Assembly (NCBI RefSeq): GCF_009834535.1
Contig: NC_045697.1
Span: 99,512,001 to 99,576,000, forward strand
From: Camelus ferus
Taxonomy: Eukaryota
Direction: 5' to 3'
DNA length: 64,000 bases
The translations under genes were made by a program, and so were the position numbers. Positions 24,901 through 38,700 of the stretch are shown one piece after another (the first letter of the stretch is position 1; each line of letters opens with the position of its first letter). The notes beneath the pieces are model-generated. The model did not search any database and was not told where the DNA came from. It saw nothing but the letters and a program-made list of their open reading frames with translations.

Positions 24901-27900
24901 TCAGAGACGGGCCTTCTGCCACGTTTGCAGGAACCACGCTCCCAGGACTGTGGGGCCCTTCTGGACCCTCCCTGGCACTTTGGAGTCAAGAATCAATCAG
25001 GAACCAGAACGAGTGACCATGACTCTATAGAGGCTGAAGTGGTAAAAGGATTCAGGGTGACAGCGCAGCTCTGGCCAGCGTAGGGCACATTCCTGGGGGG
25101 GGGGGGGCAGCCAAGGACACCCCTTTGAGGAAAGTGGAGTTAATTAGTCTTTTTATGCACACACACATGCCAGCTTCACACATTTGGAAAAACAGACCAT
25201 GCTAAGCAAAGGGCCTATTTTAGCACCGTCTTGTAAAAACTAGATAGACGGGTACACACGCTCCTTTCGGGCAGCAACACTGGCCCTAACGTACTTGCTG
25301 GTTTTAGCTATTCTAGCTCTAGAAATGAAAAGGGAATGTGCAAAGTGTAACTTAAAAGCACTAAAAACAAAACCATGTTCACTCTCACAGGAAGAAGTGA
25401 GCTCCGGTGAATGAATGCATCGATAATAATTAATTGACATTCCCGTAGAAAATGTCCCTTTGATAATGCAGCCACTGGGCTGCATGGAAAAACGACCCCC
25501 ATTTCTCCCTGCTGAACAGACGATCTGATTAGGGACCGAAGTAAGGAGGCGTGAACGCTGCCCCGGCCCCAGCTCTTCCGCGTGGCCTGAGTCGGCCACC
25601 ATACGGAACGGCTGGCCGGGAGCCAAGAACCCTCCTGTAGAGGAGACTAGAAGTTTCTGAAGAGCCACCCCAGGCCCAACGCTGGGAGAGTCACCCAAAC
25701 AAAAGCCGGCCACCGAGTTCAACAACTGGCTTGCAATGCGCCATATGCTCCACAATATTGTCCTGCTGCAGCACGGGGCCCTGTGTGCGGGGTTCCCGTG
25801 TGCTGCACAGCTGTCAGCCAGGAGCTGTTTTATCATTATCTTCACTGTTTTATTACTTTTCTGGGAATTCAAATCAGGGTAACCGTGCTTGATGCACCGG
25901 GTGAAAAATGGTGTCTCCCTCCCCTTCCTCCTTCAACCTAATGAATTGCCTTTTTTCATATCAAAGAGTAATGAGCACCAAACCACATAATATTTATTCA
26001 TGGAACAGAAGATGGAGGAGGGGAGGGGGCGGGGGGAGCAGAAGCCGCTCCTGGGTGTGGGGAGAAAAGAGCTAGACATTTTACGGGAGCCCTTCGCTCT
26101 GATGCCCAGAGACACGGTCCCACGGCCCCGGAAATCCAAACCTTTGCTCTCTCCCGACTCTCGTGGGGCTCACCTTCAAGCTAGTCCCTGGTCAGTGCTT
26201 GGAGATCCTGCGACTGAGAGCTTACAGTCACCCATCCCGTAGTCGTGACCGTAAACATTTTCTTTCTCAGGTAAACGTTCCTAAAACACCTTCTCTTCCC
26301 TCTCTTATGCGCATTAAACCAGTATACCTCAGAACATTCTAGATGAGCCCTTTATTTTCCCGTATCATCAGGCAGGATTTGGCCCAGTTAAGAGGGGCTG
26401 TAGGAATAATGGCGACGCTGGAGACTTAGTGACTCATTCCTTTTACTTAGAGGATGTGAACTGTACCCCCTGCTTTTTGCCATAATCAGTCGTTCACATT
26501 CTGTTCCACAAGTTTTCTTTTTAATCCAAAAAATACAAAATAATGTACAATAATAGGAATAATTTAACCCAACCTCATGGTTAATCTCTTTCTTTACAGA
26601 CATGGAGACAGTTTAATTGTCCTCTTTGCAAAGGATGCCCAACTTGGGAGGGACTACTAAGTCAAGTTAATGCTGAATGAGCCGTTTTTCTTGAAGGCCA
26701 TTTCCCCCAATGCATGAGTCACCCAAGTGAAAGGAGGACTCTTCTTTAAGGTAAAAAGATACATGCTCATGCTAAGAGGCAGATTAAAGGGCATTGAGAA
26801 CAACATAAGGGATTTTAGCACGAGTGGCTGAGTACCTGTTTCTTCCTCCCATTTTCATTCCTCAGTATCTTGAATTTCTCCATTTAAAAATTCTATGTTG
26901 AGAATAAAGAAATAAAGACTTTTTTAAACTATGAAAATATTTAAATTCTTAAATATCACACAGTAGTCCACTTCTTCCTAAAACCATGGCTGCCCAAGTG
27001 GTTGGGAACTTTTAAAACTGAAGAATTTCTTATCTGGATAATTTCCCTCCAAGCCAGTAATGGAATCCTTTGCTTAAGCAACCCTCTTGCTTCCTCCTTT
27101 TACAGTCTCATTTCTGTAAGTCTGTCAAAGCTAATTATCTCTTTGCAAATTTATTGCTCTTCAATGTATCATAAACACACACATTACAAAAAGTTGAAGA
27201 AAACAAGTGAAGTGTGCATTACACTGTGAAGGAAGAGACATACATAAATAATTATCCAGAGTATCCACTTTCTGTTAATAGAGTAATGAAAATGGCATTA
27301 GGAAGAATGGATGAGAATACCAAAGCCAGCCAGTCCCCCTTCCCTCTTCCATATATGGTCGTCCCCGCCTTCATGAGCCAATACCAGAAACTCCTACACC
27401 ATCATTTTAGGGTAGAGAGGGAAGCAAAATTCTTAGGTTGGCAATCCTTTGACATTCCAGACCGCAGATAAACACGAAGCCTACCAAACCAGTAACACAG
27501 ACAGCCGGCACCTCAGCAGAGGGAACAAAGACCTGATTCTCCCAAGCATACACTATCATTAACCTCCCTTCCTTGAAACTATTGTTACGTATTTCTGAGT
27601 GTTCCAATTCCAATCTCAGACCACAAACTTAAAGTTAAGAAAAGGCCCTGAATGATTCATATCAATCCTTTCAATCTAAGAACAGGATCAAACACTGGGG
27701 GGTGGGGTGGGGGGTGGGGAGATACAATCCATTTGAATTTCAATAGCTGAGGCCCCAGATACTCCAGATCCCCAAAGTCCAGTTTATCCTACTTTGCCAC
27801 CCTCTAAGTTACCATGACATCGTCCAAGTTCATCCTGGGCACCAAACCTATTCCACTCTAATGCACGCCACCTGCCAAAAACATTTTTTTTCAGTATAGT

Positions 27901-30639
27901 TATTCAATGTTATGACAAATAAGTTTTTCAAATCCTCCTTCAACACATTCTGAGAAGTAAGCAGCATGAAATCCAAATTTAAACTCACTGTTTCCAGGCT
28001 TCGTTGAAGAAGACAAACGTATGTGTTTTTAAAAATCCAATAGCAGCTGCAAACCATTGAGGAATTCCCAGTTAAACCGCAAAATGCGTTTTCAACCGTT
28101 TACCCGTAACAACTTCTCAACTGAGAAAGCTGATTCTTTATATAAACCACCTCTGTTTACCCAACATCAGGGAATCTCCAGGGAAAGGGCTACTGCAGGA
28201 TGTGAAGAGGGAGAGAATGTTACAATCCGGGAGGTGCTGTTCTGCACACACCACTGGGAGGAAATACCTTAAGTGATTAAAGATACACATCATCTGCATG
28301 CTCTTAAAGGCATGCACGCGCTCAAAGGAGTCCATGCTCCAGACACACGCTCCTCCCATGGCGGCCAGGAGGAAGGATGGAAACCAGTGAATTAGAACCA
28401 GGGACAGAAGGAGCCCAGAAAAGAAGATGTGAGCTGGCACAGGGCATGTCTGCTTTACCCATGCTGGGAACTCCAGCATTATTATCACTCAACTGTTCTG
28501 AAGCCAGAACTCAAGAATGAACAATTAAAACGGTCTTATTTCTTTTACTTAGCATCCAGAAAATTTTGTCAAGCTCTGACATATGTCCAATTTCTTCGTG
28601 TGAATGTGAACATTAACCTCCAGATATGCCTCTGTATGAATTTATATCCACTTCCCAAAAAATAAGTCTGAAACACTTACTTTTTGTAAGATATGTTAAA
28701 AAAAAAAAACTCCATGATAAGGTAAGACTTGATTCTGGTCATTTATTATCTGTTACAAATCATCTCTGGACTCTTCCAAAAAGAAATAAAAGAATGATTT
28801 CCAAAGGAATTAGAAATTAGAAGTTTACTGCTGCATAGCCATAATCTCACTAGTCTTTGGAAAGCAATTGTATTCAATCACTATAATCAGACAGCCATGG
28901 AATAACTAATATTCAAAACAGAGAACCATTTGTCTGTCTACAATCAATGTACAGGTAAACATTATATTTGATGCAAAATGCAAGTCAGATGACACCTCTC
29001 CAGAGGGACGGTAGACTCACAAAAACTAAACTTGACCATTTAAACTTGGCTGTCAGCAGGAAGAGTCAAAGACTGAAGTTGTATTGCATGACCAGAGCAG
29101 CAACTTTAAGGATGTCTTCGTTGATCATACTGGCTGGCCTACTTTCAAGATTAGAAGCAAGTTTCTTATTTTATGTGCAACCAACTCTCACTATTCAAGC
29201 TACTAAAGCAGAACATAGTCTAACTGTCTTTACACTGAAGCCCCCTCCTCTAAAGTCGGCACTGAGCACATGGCTGCATTAGCTTCACTGGCCAAAGGGG
29301 TTTTTCTTCACTAAGATGCTACATGGTGCAGCTAAAAGACAGAAAATGCCTGCCACTTATCAGTATCTAGGCCATCAATTGAAGCAGAATGCCTGGTTTA
29401 TTGGAATCACTTGGGGAGAGAATGACCTCCAAGGTTGAGGCTAATCATCTGCATCTCTACCCTCAGTTTATTTCTGTGGCTCAACATTTTGTACCAGTTT
29501 CCAGGTCCTGCCATCACTGTGCCAAAGGTAAAACATGAGGTGTTGGTAAAGGAGATAGGGAGAGAGAGACACTCGATGCCAGAGGTACATGAGGCCAGGA
29601 GACAGCCAAGTGGGGGATCCTCGTTCAAAAACAGCAGAGCCAGCCAAGGAGCAGCACTACCACGTAGCTTCATTTGGACTCCAGTTCAAACTGATCTTAA
29701 GACCTAAAGGAAAGTCAAGTAGGTGGAGATGACTCCTTGGGAGAGAGTAGTTATTTAGAAAAAGCAGCTGCCCACACCACCTTTTCAAGAGCGAACCCTT
29801 CAGTCAGATGAAAGCAGAATAATGCTGTAGCCAAGAGTGTGGATTCTGGAGCCAAACTGCTCCCGCTCTGTAAAAACATAGACTATGGCTCTTAGGGTCT
29901 CGCTGTAGGGAAGCTGCCAGGGCAAAGGTAAATCAAAATGACCAAGAAACCCGACGAAGGGCAGTCTTCAGACCATGTCAGCCCACATGTATAATTAAAA
30001 CTGATAGGACTTCTCACTGTTGAAACAAACGCTCTAAGGTGACTGTTGAGGCAAGCCCATTCTGATGCACTTTCTACAGTGGGCCAGGTCAGCAGGTTGT
30101 TATTACCATGTTACACAGATGACTGGATTAGTCAAGGTAATTGAACCTGTAGGAAGTGGCAACTCACAGACCTGTGGTTTTTACGACCACTCAAACCTGC
30201 ACCCACTGCCCTCCCCCCACCGAACTCTAGCAATAGCTGAAATACCTTTTACAAATAAAGCCACGCAGGCCTGGGAAACACAAAGCTCAGGAATGGTAAA
30301 GAGACCACAAACTCATTCAAGATAGTGAATTTCCCACTTTCACAGCACGAGCAGGAGCCGGTTAACTAGACTCCCACCAACTCCATCGTTAGGACCAGAT
30401 GAAAAGAAAAAGTCATTCCTGGAAAGTGTGTGGCCAAATACACAACCTTTAAAAATTAACAGTGTTAACTGTAGACAGCAAAGATCCAGACCAGTTGGTA
30501 CAGTGGACACTTTTTTTAGCATTTGCCCTAAAATGAGCTGTAATAAGATTTGGGTGCTATGTTGAACCATATTAGGTTAAGAGACTTTTTTGGCCAACTT
30601 TTTCTGTTTATACATATTACATATGGAAAAGAGTCCAAA

Positions 30640-31030
30640 TCTGTGCTACAGAAATGCTCACATATGTACAAGGGACATATGGATAAGGGTGTTCACTGCA
30701 ATAAAGTAACGCTTAATTGGCAAAAAATGAGAAACTACCAGAGTCTCTCTCATAAGGGGATCATTCCACAACTTATGGAACATTTATATTATGAAATGCA
30801 ATAGAACAGTTTAAAAAAATGAGTTAAGGGTCTATATGAATTGACTTGGACAGATCTCCAAAATACATTATGTAGAAAAAGTAAATCTCAGAACCGTATT
30901 TATAATATGATTCCATTTATGTAGGAAAAAACTAACATGTAGTGATATGTATCCTATAGTATATACATATACAAAAAGCAGGAGGTCTGGAGAGTTATTC
31001 TAAACCATGGTGACTTCTGAGAGGAGGGGG
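30640..31030 (+). mobile_element. Old L1ME-like 3' fragment
   Basis: agaaatgctcacatatgtacaagggacatatggataagggtgttcactgca...tatatgaattgacttggacagatctccaaaatacatt...ataatatgattccatttatgta. Confidence 0.7.
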
Positions 31031-31399
31031 AAACACTGAGGCAGAGGAATTAAGTCACTTTGTCTACTCATTTTCATTTAGCAATTTATTCCACAAATAT
31101 TTAGAGTTCCTCTCATGTACAGGAAGGTCTTTTTCTATCACGAAGATTTAAAGATGAACAAAGAGACAAAGCTCTGTCCTCTTCTAACTGGGATTGTATT
31201 TTTATATTGCTTAAAAACATTATAATTTTAGAAAGAAGAAAGATGTTGTCATCTCTTCTCCAGCTTTTCAGCTAATTGAACTTTTGCTGGATCGTTTTCA
31301 CTCATCAAGACAGCCCTTTCATCTGTGAACAGCTTCAATTGTCATATAATTGTTTTTTATATATATATTAAACCAAACCTTGCTCTTAACAACCCGCCA

Positions 31400-31600
31400 A
31401 CCACTGATCCTAACTCTATCCCCTTGAGGCCATAAAGAGCATTATCTAATCCTTTCTCCACATGACAGCCCCTCAAATATTTTAAGAAAGTAATCATATC
31501 ATCCCCTGAATCAGACTAAACACCTCCAGGTCTCCCAGCTATTCTTCATGTGATACGGCTTCAAGTCCTTGCACCTTCCTGCTCCTGCCTGCTTCTTTCT
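31400..31600 (-). mobile_element. L3/CR1 LINE fragment
   Basis: tctccacatgacagcccctcaaatattttaagaaagtaatcatatc...ctaaacacctccaggtctcccagctattcttcatgtga resembles the recalled L3 consensus in reverse. Confidence 0.65.
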
Positions 31601-32534
31601 AAATGCTCCTCCTCTTTGTCTAATTTACTCTAAGAGCTTGATGGCAAGTCGTGATTATGGTGCTACAAGTGTCACCTATTCAAAAAAAAAAAAAAAAGGA
31701 AAGAAAGGTGATCATCTGCCTCACTTTTAACAACCATCCTTTAATCTTATTCTCCACCACACCAACTAATCCTCTCCCCTCTACAAAGTGATTTGATTTG
31801 AAAAACAATGAAATAAATGTTGCTATAGAGAGAATGCAAGGGAGCCATAGCTGTAGGAAGCTTGCAAGAAGATAACTGAGCATTTAGTACCCTTAGGATT
31901 TTCCTAAATGTTAGCTTATTAATGACCTACATGAACATGTTCTTAGAAGGCCACAAAGACCATTTCATACAGCTAATCTGAGACACGGACTGATGCTCTG
32001 CTGTGAGTCCAACTAGAGCAAGGACCTCAGTTCACTTTGTGTCCCCAGTGCCTAGAAATAGTGTCCAGTATGTAGCAGTCACTCCATATGTAGCCATGAG
32101 ACTTTGGTTTATGCATGAGTGAAATAAACCTTAAATCACTCAACTTTAAGTCTGCACTTGGGTGAGGGGCACACAATTAAGTGACAGGAAAGTAATTCAT
32201 AAAAATAAGCCGAGCATTTGTGTAACCCCAGAAAGTCTTTGGGGCTCTTACATATATTAATTCCTTTGAGCTGAACAATCACTCTGAGAGGCAAAAAGAA
32301 TGACTTGTGTTCACCTTCCTAACCAGACAGTCATGAAGGGAAGAGCCAGACCAGCATGGGGCCAGAGCTGAAACACGACATGGCAGTGCTGTAACTTCTT
32401 CCCAGGACCCTCTACCTCACAGTAGCACCCCACCCTCCTCCACCCTGTAAGCAGTAAGAGTGTCTCTGAAAAGCTGTGAGGAAAGTCACACTCTGTACTT
32501 TCAACCTTCTCCTCAGAAAGCTCCTTGTTTCAGG

Positions 32535-32743
32535 CAGGGTTTCTCAGCTGCAGCAATACTGATATTTTGGACAGGGTGGTTCTTTGTTGTGGGCGCACTG
32601 CAGGATGTTTAATGGCATCCTCAGCTTCTACCCACTAGACAGCAGTGGCACCCCTCCAGTGGTGACAACTAAAAATGTCTCCCAACAATGCCAAATGTTT
32701 TTGGGAAGGGTGGTGCAAAATATCCACCAACTGAGAATCTCTG
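32535..32743 (+). mobile_element. MER20-like hAT-Charlie DNA transposon (MITE)
   Basis: cagggtttctcagc...actgatattttggac...tctttgttgtggg...gcaggatgtttaatggcatcc...ctacccactaga...gtgacaactaaaaatgtctc...ctgagaatctctg. Imperfect terminal inverted repeats CAGGGTTTCTCAG / CTGAGAATCTCTG. Confidence 0.85.
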
Positions 32744-35700
32744 ATTTAGAGGAATTCTACAGTAAATCAATTTAAATGGCTGAGGTAGTCATTTAAGGAA
32801 GCATGGAAATATTTTAGGAAGTAATTTTTTTTCCAGATATAAACAATATTGCCATTAGCTCTGGAAAATATATATTTGAGTTTTAGTAAGGTCTGCAGTT
32901 TCAGAATAGACTAGTAAAAGCATAGGTTATCACTGTAAACTCCCAAGGCACCAGGATACTCTCTGTTTACCCCAGAGGAGTAAAACCAATCACCTCTCTT
33001 CTATTTCACTTGCCATCTATTCCAGGAGCTGCCTCCAAAATCCTCATCCCCTTTTGGCTCTCTTCTTTACCACTGGAGTCCCTTAAAGCCCTTTACTGGG
33101 TTCCAGTCCCTTTAGATTCACTCTCAATCACTGAGCTACTTTCAGCATCTAACAAATAATCAAAGAAAGAAAAATAACCCACCACTGTGAGAATAAAGGG
33201 CACTAGGAGAGCTTGTCTTTTACAGCTGAGCAATGCTTCTGAGTCCCAGCTATGACCCAGGCTGAATCTGCACAAATAGACTCAGCACTTCAGCCTTTTC
33301 CTTTGAAGGGAAAGAAGCCCCTGTCCTGACATGAGTTTTCTAGAGGTGCAGAAAGATACTGGGAGAGGGAAGGAGAGAGACACAGGAATGTATCCTAATG
33401 ATGTCTTCACATGCACAGTGAACACTTAGATAGTTAAGGACTGGAGAGTCCATAATATGAAACATTACACAACCAGATTCTACCCAGCTGGACAGAGATT
33501 TAAGGAGTTAGGAAACTCTGGAGGTTGGTAGTTTAAATATTCCACTCAAGTTTGCTATGGTTGTTAAGCCATTGCTTAAGGAGGATGAATGTTAGTCATT
33601 CTTTTAAAAGATTCTACTTCAGCATGAAGGTCCCTCCAACCAATGGGAGGTCCAATATAATTAAAAAGAGGTGTCTAAATTATCCTTAAGAAATCACTTA
33701 AGAAATGACTTTCCTTAAGTCAGAGGAAGTACTCTAAGCCTTTTGAGATTTTTATTAAATTCTCCCAGGAACAGTTTAAGCAGCTTGCCATAAAAAAATT
33801 TTTTTAAGTAAAAACCTGAGCCATAGTAATTTCCTTTTTCTACACATGTGTGTATGGTGGCCCTAAAGGAACACTGTGCTTCTTTCCCAGATGGAGCTGC
33901 TTATCCACAACTCAAAAGCCCCTCAACTGTTTAACAGATGGAACAGCCAGGTAGACTTTTAAAAGTGCGCTCCTTCTCTGATTCATGGAATGGAACCCTA
34001 TGATCTTTAAGTATTTATTATACAGTAGGCCCTCAACTCCATCTTCTGAGTATTTTATCCAACCGTATTACTTTAGTTCTTTAAACTTCGTTAGATTTAA
34101 ACAAGAACAAAAAAAGGTTTTTTTCTAAGTTAAGGAAAAGCAATTAGCTTTTGGTAAAAGCTGATTTTCCAAAAGCCTCCATTTCTATCTCACAGACATG
34201 AGCAATGAATTTTTGGAATGGGTCTGTCTGAAAAGCATGCTTCTATTTTTAATGAAAATTTAAGTTAGGGGATCCAATAACTTTGATGTTGTCATTTGTA
34301 AATCAACTTTTTGTTTCCCCAGAAACAAATGTCTAATTAGTTTGAAACAACAGAAAACTAATGAATATTATTTTACTTACAATGTCATGGGAAGGGGGTA
34401 TAACTCAGCCTGAAACTGTTGAGAAGTCACTGGCATCAAGTCTAATACTGATTAAAAAACAAACAAAAACCCATTATTCCCTTAAACCTAGCTAGAATAA
34501 TACTGAAAATCTACAAAGAATATACTACATTGTCAAAGTCTTGGATGGAAGAGTGTGATTTAGCATTTTAACTTCTCTGAAGCCCTATGGACTGTGTACT
34601 AGTATTGTTGAATAAATGAGTAACATTTAAAAATTCAATCTACTCTCTAAGAGTTGTGCTAATGAACAGTAAATGGTATAAAAGATCAAATCCATAATTA
34701 ACCCAAAATTGGTATCTTACCCAAATTGTTTCATTAGTCGTGAGAGGAGGAAGCACCAAAATTAAGTTTCTCTTCTTATTGCTTCTTCCCACTCCTTGGT
34801 AAAGGTGCTAAAGATCAGTGAAAAGACCAAAAGGCTGGCAGCAGAAGGAGGAAAGAAAAACAAACAGCTGGAGGACCCGAAAACTCAATAATCCACTTCT
34901 GAATAACAGAGTGAAAAATGCAAAACTATTTGGGAGAGTTAAAAGGCAGATATTATGAAAATCTTGGGACTGAGTTTTAAATATGTTCCTCTTTATAAGA
35001 TTCTGACATCTGATTGATTTCACAGTTCTCTACAATGGGAAAAGTGGAAAGAGATGACAGAACTTAGCCATCTTAAGCTCAAGAATATAGAAGTGTTGAT
35101 TAATATACATGGAGCACTAATCACAAGTAAAACACAAATGACTTTAAAGAAAATGTTAAGTACTTCAAATGGGTCCAAAAATTACTATGCAGTGTGCAGA
35201 ATGGCTTATTATACTAGATTCCCTCTATGGTAGCAGCACTAATGAAAGAAAATTCCTCCAGTCTTATCTTAACCAAATGGAAGAACCCTGTCAGGAAACC
35301 TTTTTAACAACAGTTGGCTATTGGTCTCAATAGAAAATACCTCCATTTTAATGTTTAAAATCCTCATCCTTCTTACAGAAATGTCAGTACACCATGTCCG
35401 TGTTCATTTTTCTCATATCAGGTGACAGAAAGCCTACAAAGATTCTAAAGCTTACCCTTGTAATTCTGAGACAGTATGGAAAGTATCAAGTATGCAATCT
35501 GCCTGAAAACTCCGCTTTCCCTGGGAAGGAATTCAGCCTGAAGAGCATTTTGAAGATGATGATCAATGATGAACTAACGATGCTTCTACTTTTCTGATCA
35601 CTGGCTGCCCAGGACTAAAGAAAACGTACCACAACCAAAGAACGTAAATAACATAATTAAATATGTACTGGAGCTTTTTTTTTTTTTTTTTTTAGTGCTT

Positions 35701-38700
35701 CTTGAGAATTAAAAGAAAAGACAAACACTTGTGAAGCACAGGGAAATGCAATTTCAAAAAGTTTTTCACATGCTTAATGCACACCCTGTGTGGGCTACAG
35801 AAGGTTTTTCAAGAGACACTGTCAATCCTATCACCCAGGAGAACAGGAGAACAGGATAAGGCAAAGAAAAGGTTCATAGGAAAGATTTAGAAATGGCTTG
35901 ACATTACAAGCTTGCCAAAAAACCTGGCTACAAAGCCAGTAATTTACCTTCAACAGGATAAGAAATGGGAAACCAGATTCATTTATAAGGAGATTTAGCC
36001 CTGGACTGGTATGTTAACATTTCCTAGATCTCTTCCAGGAGCAGAGGAGAACATTTCAGATAGGTTGCAATTCTCTCCAATATTCAGTGATTAATACACT
36101 TATTATCAAGTGAATTTTATGTGATAAACTCTGCAGAGCAGGAATCACATCTATTTACATAGTCTGTAAGCTGTGTATGAATTAAGCACACTCTGGAAGT
36201 TATAATGGTGCTAATAAGTAGAAAGGTCATGAAAACATGGGTTTATCCAGGTCAAGTAAGACTACCACCATTTTGATTCTGAAGACTGCATTGTCATGCT
36301 TTTCGGCATGCCTGAGTGATTACACCTTGCTCAAGCCAATCTATCCCTGGCTTGAACATGAACTTGTCAATTAGCATTTATCTTAAAATTTTAACCAGGA
36401 CTTCAGTTCCAAGTACAGACAGTGATAATGTCTCATTCTGCTACCACAAATAATTAGAACTATTTTAGGAAAAGACACCTTGTCACTGCAATTCACTAAT
36501 AGGTAAAATCAGTAGTTTCCATCAACAACTCTTGGGTGGGGGGACCCTTCTGAATAAATAACATGGAGGCGGGGGGGGGGGGGTCATTAGGCTACTACTC
36601 CATAAACTACTTTTCACCTGAGGTAATGCAGCTTCAAACCCAGGCCAGGGCTACCTGCTCTTTAACAGGGCTATTTGGGACTCCCAAAAAACCCAGGCCC
36701 CTCGCAGCAGCCTGGTGCCAAGGAAGATTTCTACTTCACCTCAGCCACCCTGCTTCTGGTTTGCTTGTTTTTCAGGCCTATACTTGTAAATGTAAATGTA
36801 TAAGAAAATAAATCAAAAGAGGTAAAGCCTTGATTGGACTGCCTTCCTAACCCAAGCCAAGCGGAAAGAGAGCTAATCAATATTTAGTACTTTAGACATA
36901 TTGGCCCTACGAAGGTAAACAATAGCAATAAAACAGAAAAGAATTCTATTCATCTTCATTTTTATCATCACCATTATTATTATTATTAGGCTCTGGTTGA
37001 TTATTGCTTTTCTTTAGGGCTTTCCAAATGGAGATCTCATTCTAAGAACTAAATATAATTGCTCCATACCCCACCTCCCAAGAGCCCAACTAAAATCCAG
37101 CACCTAATTCAAGAAAAGATCAACATTTTTTTGCAATGTGTTTTCAAGATTTTTATCTCACACACAAGCTAAGTTAAAATACCGATGTACATTTTTAAAC
37201 TAATTGTTTTTAAAGGAAAAATAACTTGTAGAGGAGGATGTTAACTTTTTTTTTTCTTTTCGTGCCACACAGCATTTACATGCAACTCTTTGCTTAGGAT
37301 TTAAAGCAGTTTATTTTCGTTACACTCATCACACATAACTTGCTACTTATATCAATGGGAGGTGAATATATGAAATAACAGTTGAAGCTAATATATACTC
37401 CTGTACATCAGTCTAATCAATAGGCTAAAGTATTGTCATAAAACTGATAGAAAAGTGTTATTTTCTGACAATCATTTGCCAACTCTATCTGTTGTTAACT
37501 TGCTGAACAAGGATTCACCATGAAATTTACAGCTTACATCTCGTCCATTCAAGTAAGCACTATCTTTACATTTCCCAAAGTAAGCTCTGGCTTGGGCTTG
37601 GTACCTCCTTTCAGGTAACGCCAGGATCCAGGGCTTGCTCCCACCTGCGAGTGTATTATAACCCAGGCGCACACACTCGGAGTCCTCCCTCCACTCCTCC
37701 CAGGGCCGATACGGCACCCTGGAGAGAACACAACCCAAACACTTAAACTTTCTGGCAGCAAACTCTACTGTTCCTGCCCGCGATCAAAAGGGACAGGGCA
37801 CTGGCTTTTGTTCCAGCGTTGCCCAGCTGGCGAGGTAACGCCACAGCAGTCCTCCATCCCGAAAGGTCAAGAGAGAGTCCGTGGGGCTGAGATTTTGAAG
37901 CCTCAAACCGAAGTCCATCCCGACGCAATCCATGCGTGTGGGGTGTACAAACACAAGAAAAGAGGGCGTGGAACAGGCAAGGATGACATTCTCAGTGCCT
38001 TTCAAATGCTACTTGAGTCTTAGGTTCACAAAGTGAGTCTCCCGATCCGTGTAAGGGAGCGAAGGGGGGGGGGAGTGGGAGAAGGCGCGGACCTGGAGAG
38101 AAATAGGTACCAGCAGGGCACGCGAGATACAGTCAAGATGCAGGTCCCGCCCCGCCTCCGGGTACAATCAGGAAAGCTACACTGTGTAAGTGGTTTTCAG
38201 CTTCCTGTTTGTAAAGCGAGAACCTCCCTCCCTGACTCTGTGACCGTCGTTCTTCCTCCAAACCGAGTCCGCCTCTTCTTCGCGCCCCGAGAAGGCTCGG
38301 CGGCACGGGGAGGTCGGGCCCGCGGGGCGGGGGCGGCATCGGGGGTGGGGGCAGGGCCGTGGGGCGTAGCGCCCCTCCCAGCCCCGCGGTCTCCCGGGCC
38401 AAGCCCGGCCGCAAGGCGGACAAAGCGCCTCCCGCTCCCTCCCCCCACGGCCGCGTTCCAGAAGGGAGGGGGAAGGCGGGCTCGAGGGAGCGAGGAGGAG
38501 GAAGGGTGGGGGGAGAAGGTGCTGCCGGCGGGACTGGGACTGGATCGCGCCGTGGAGGGAGGGGAGAAGGGAGGAGAGAGGGGAGGGACTGGGCAGCCTC
38601 GGAGAACCGGGAGGAGGGAAGGATTCTTGAAGCCCAAGATAAACAAATTGTTCCTCTTCACGTGCGGGGTGGGGGAAAATGGAGAGGGTGGGGAAGGAGC

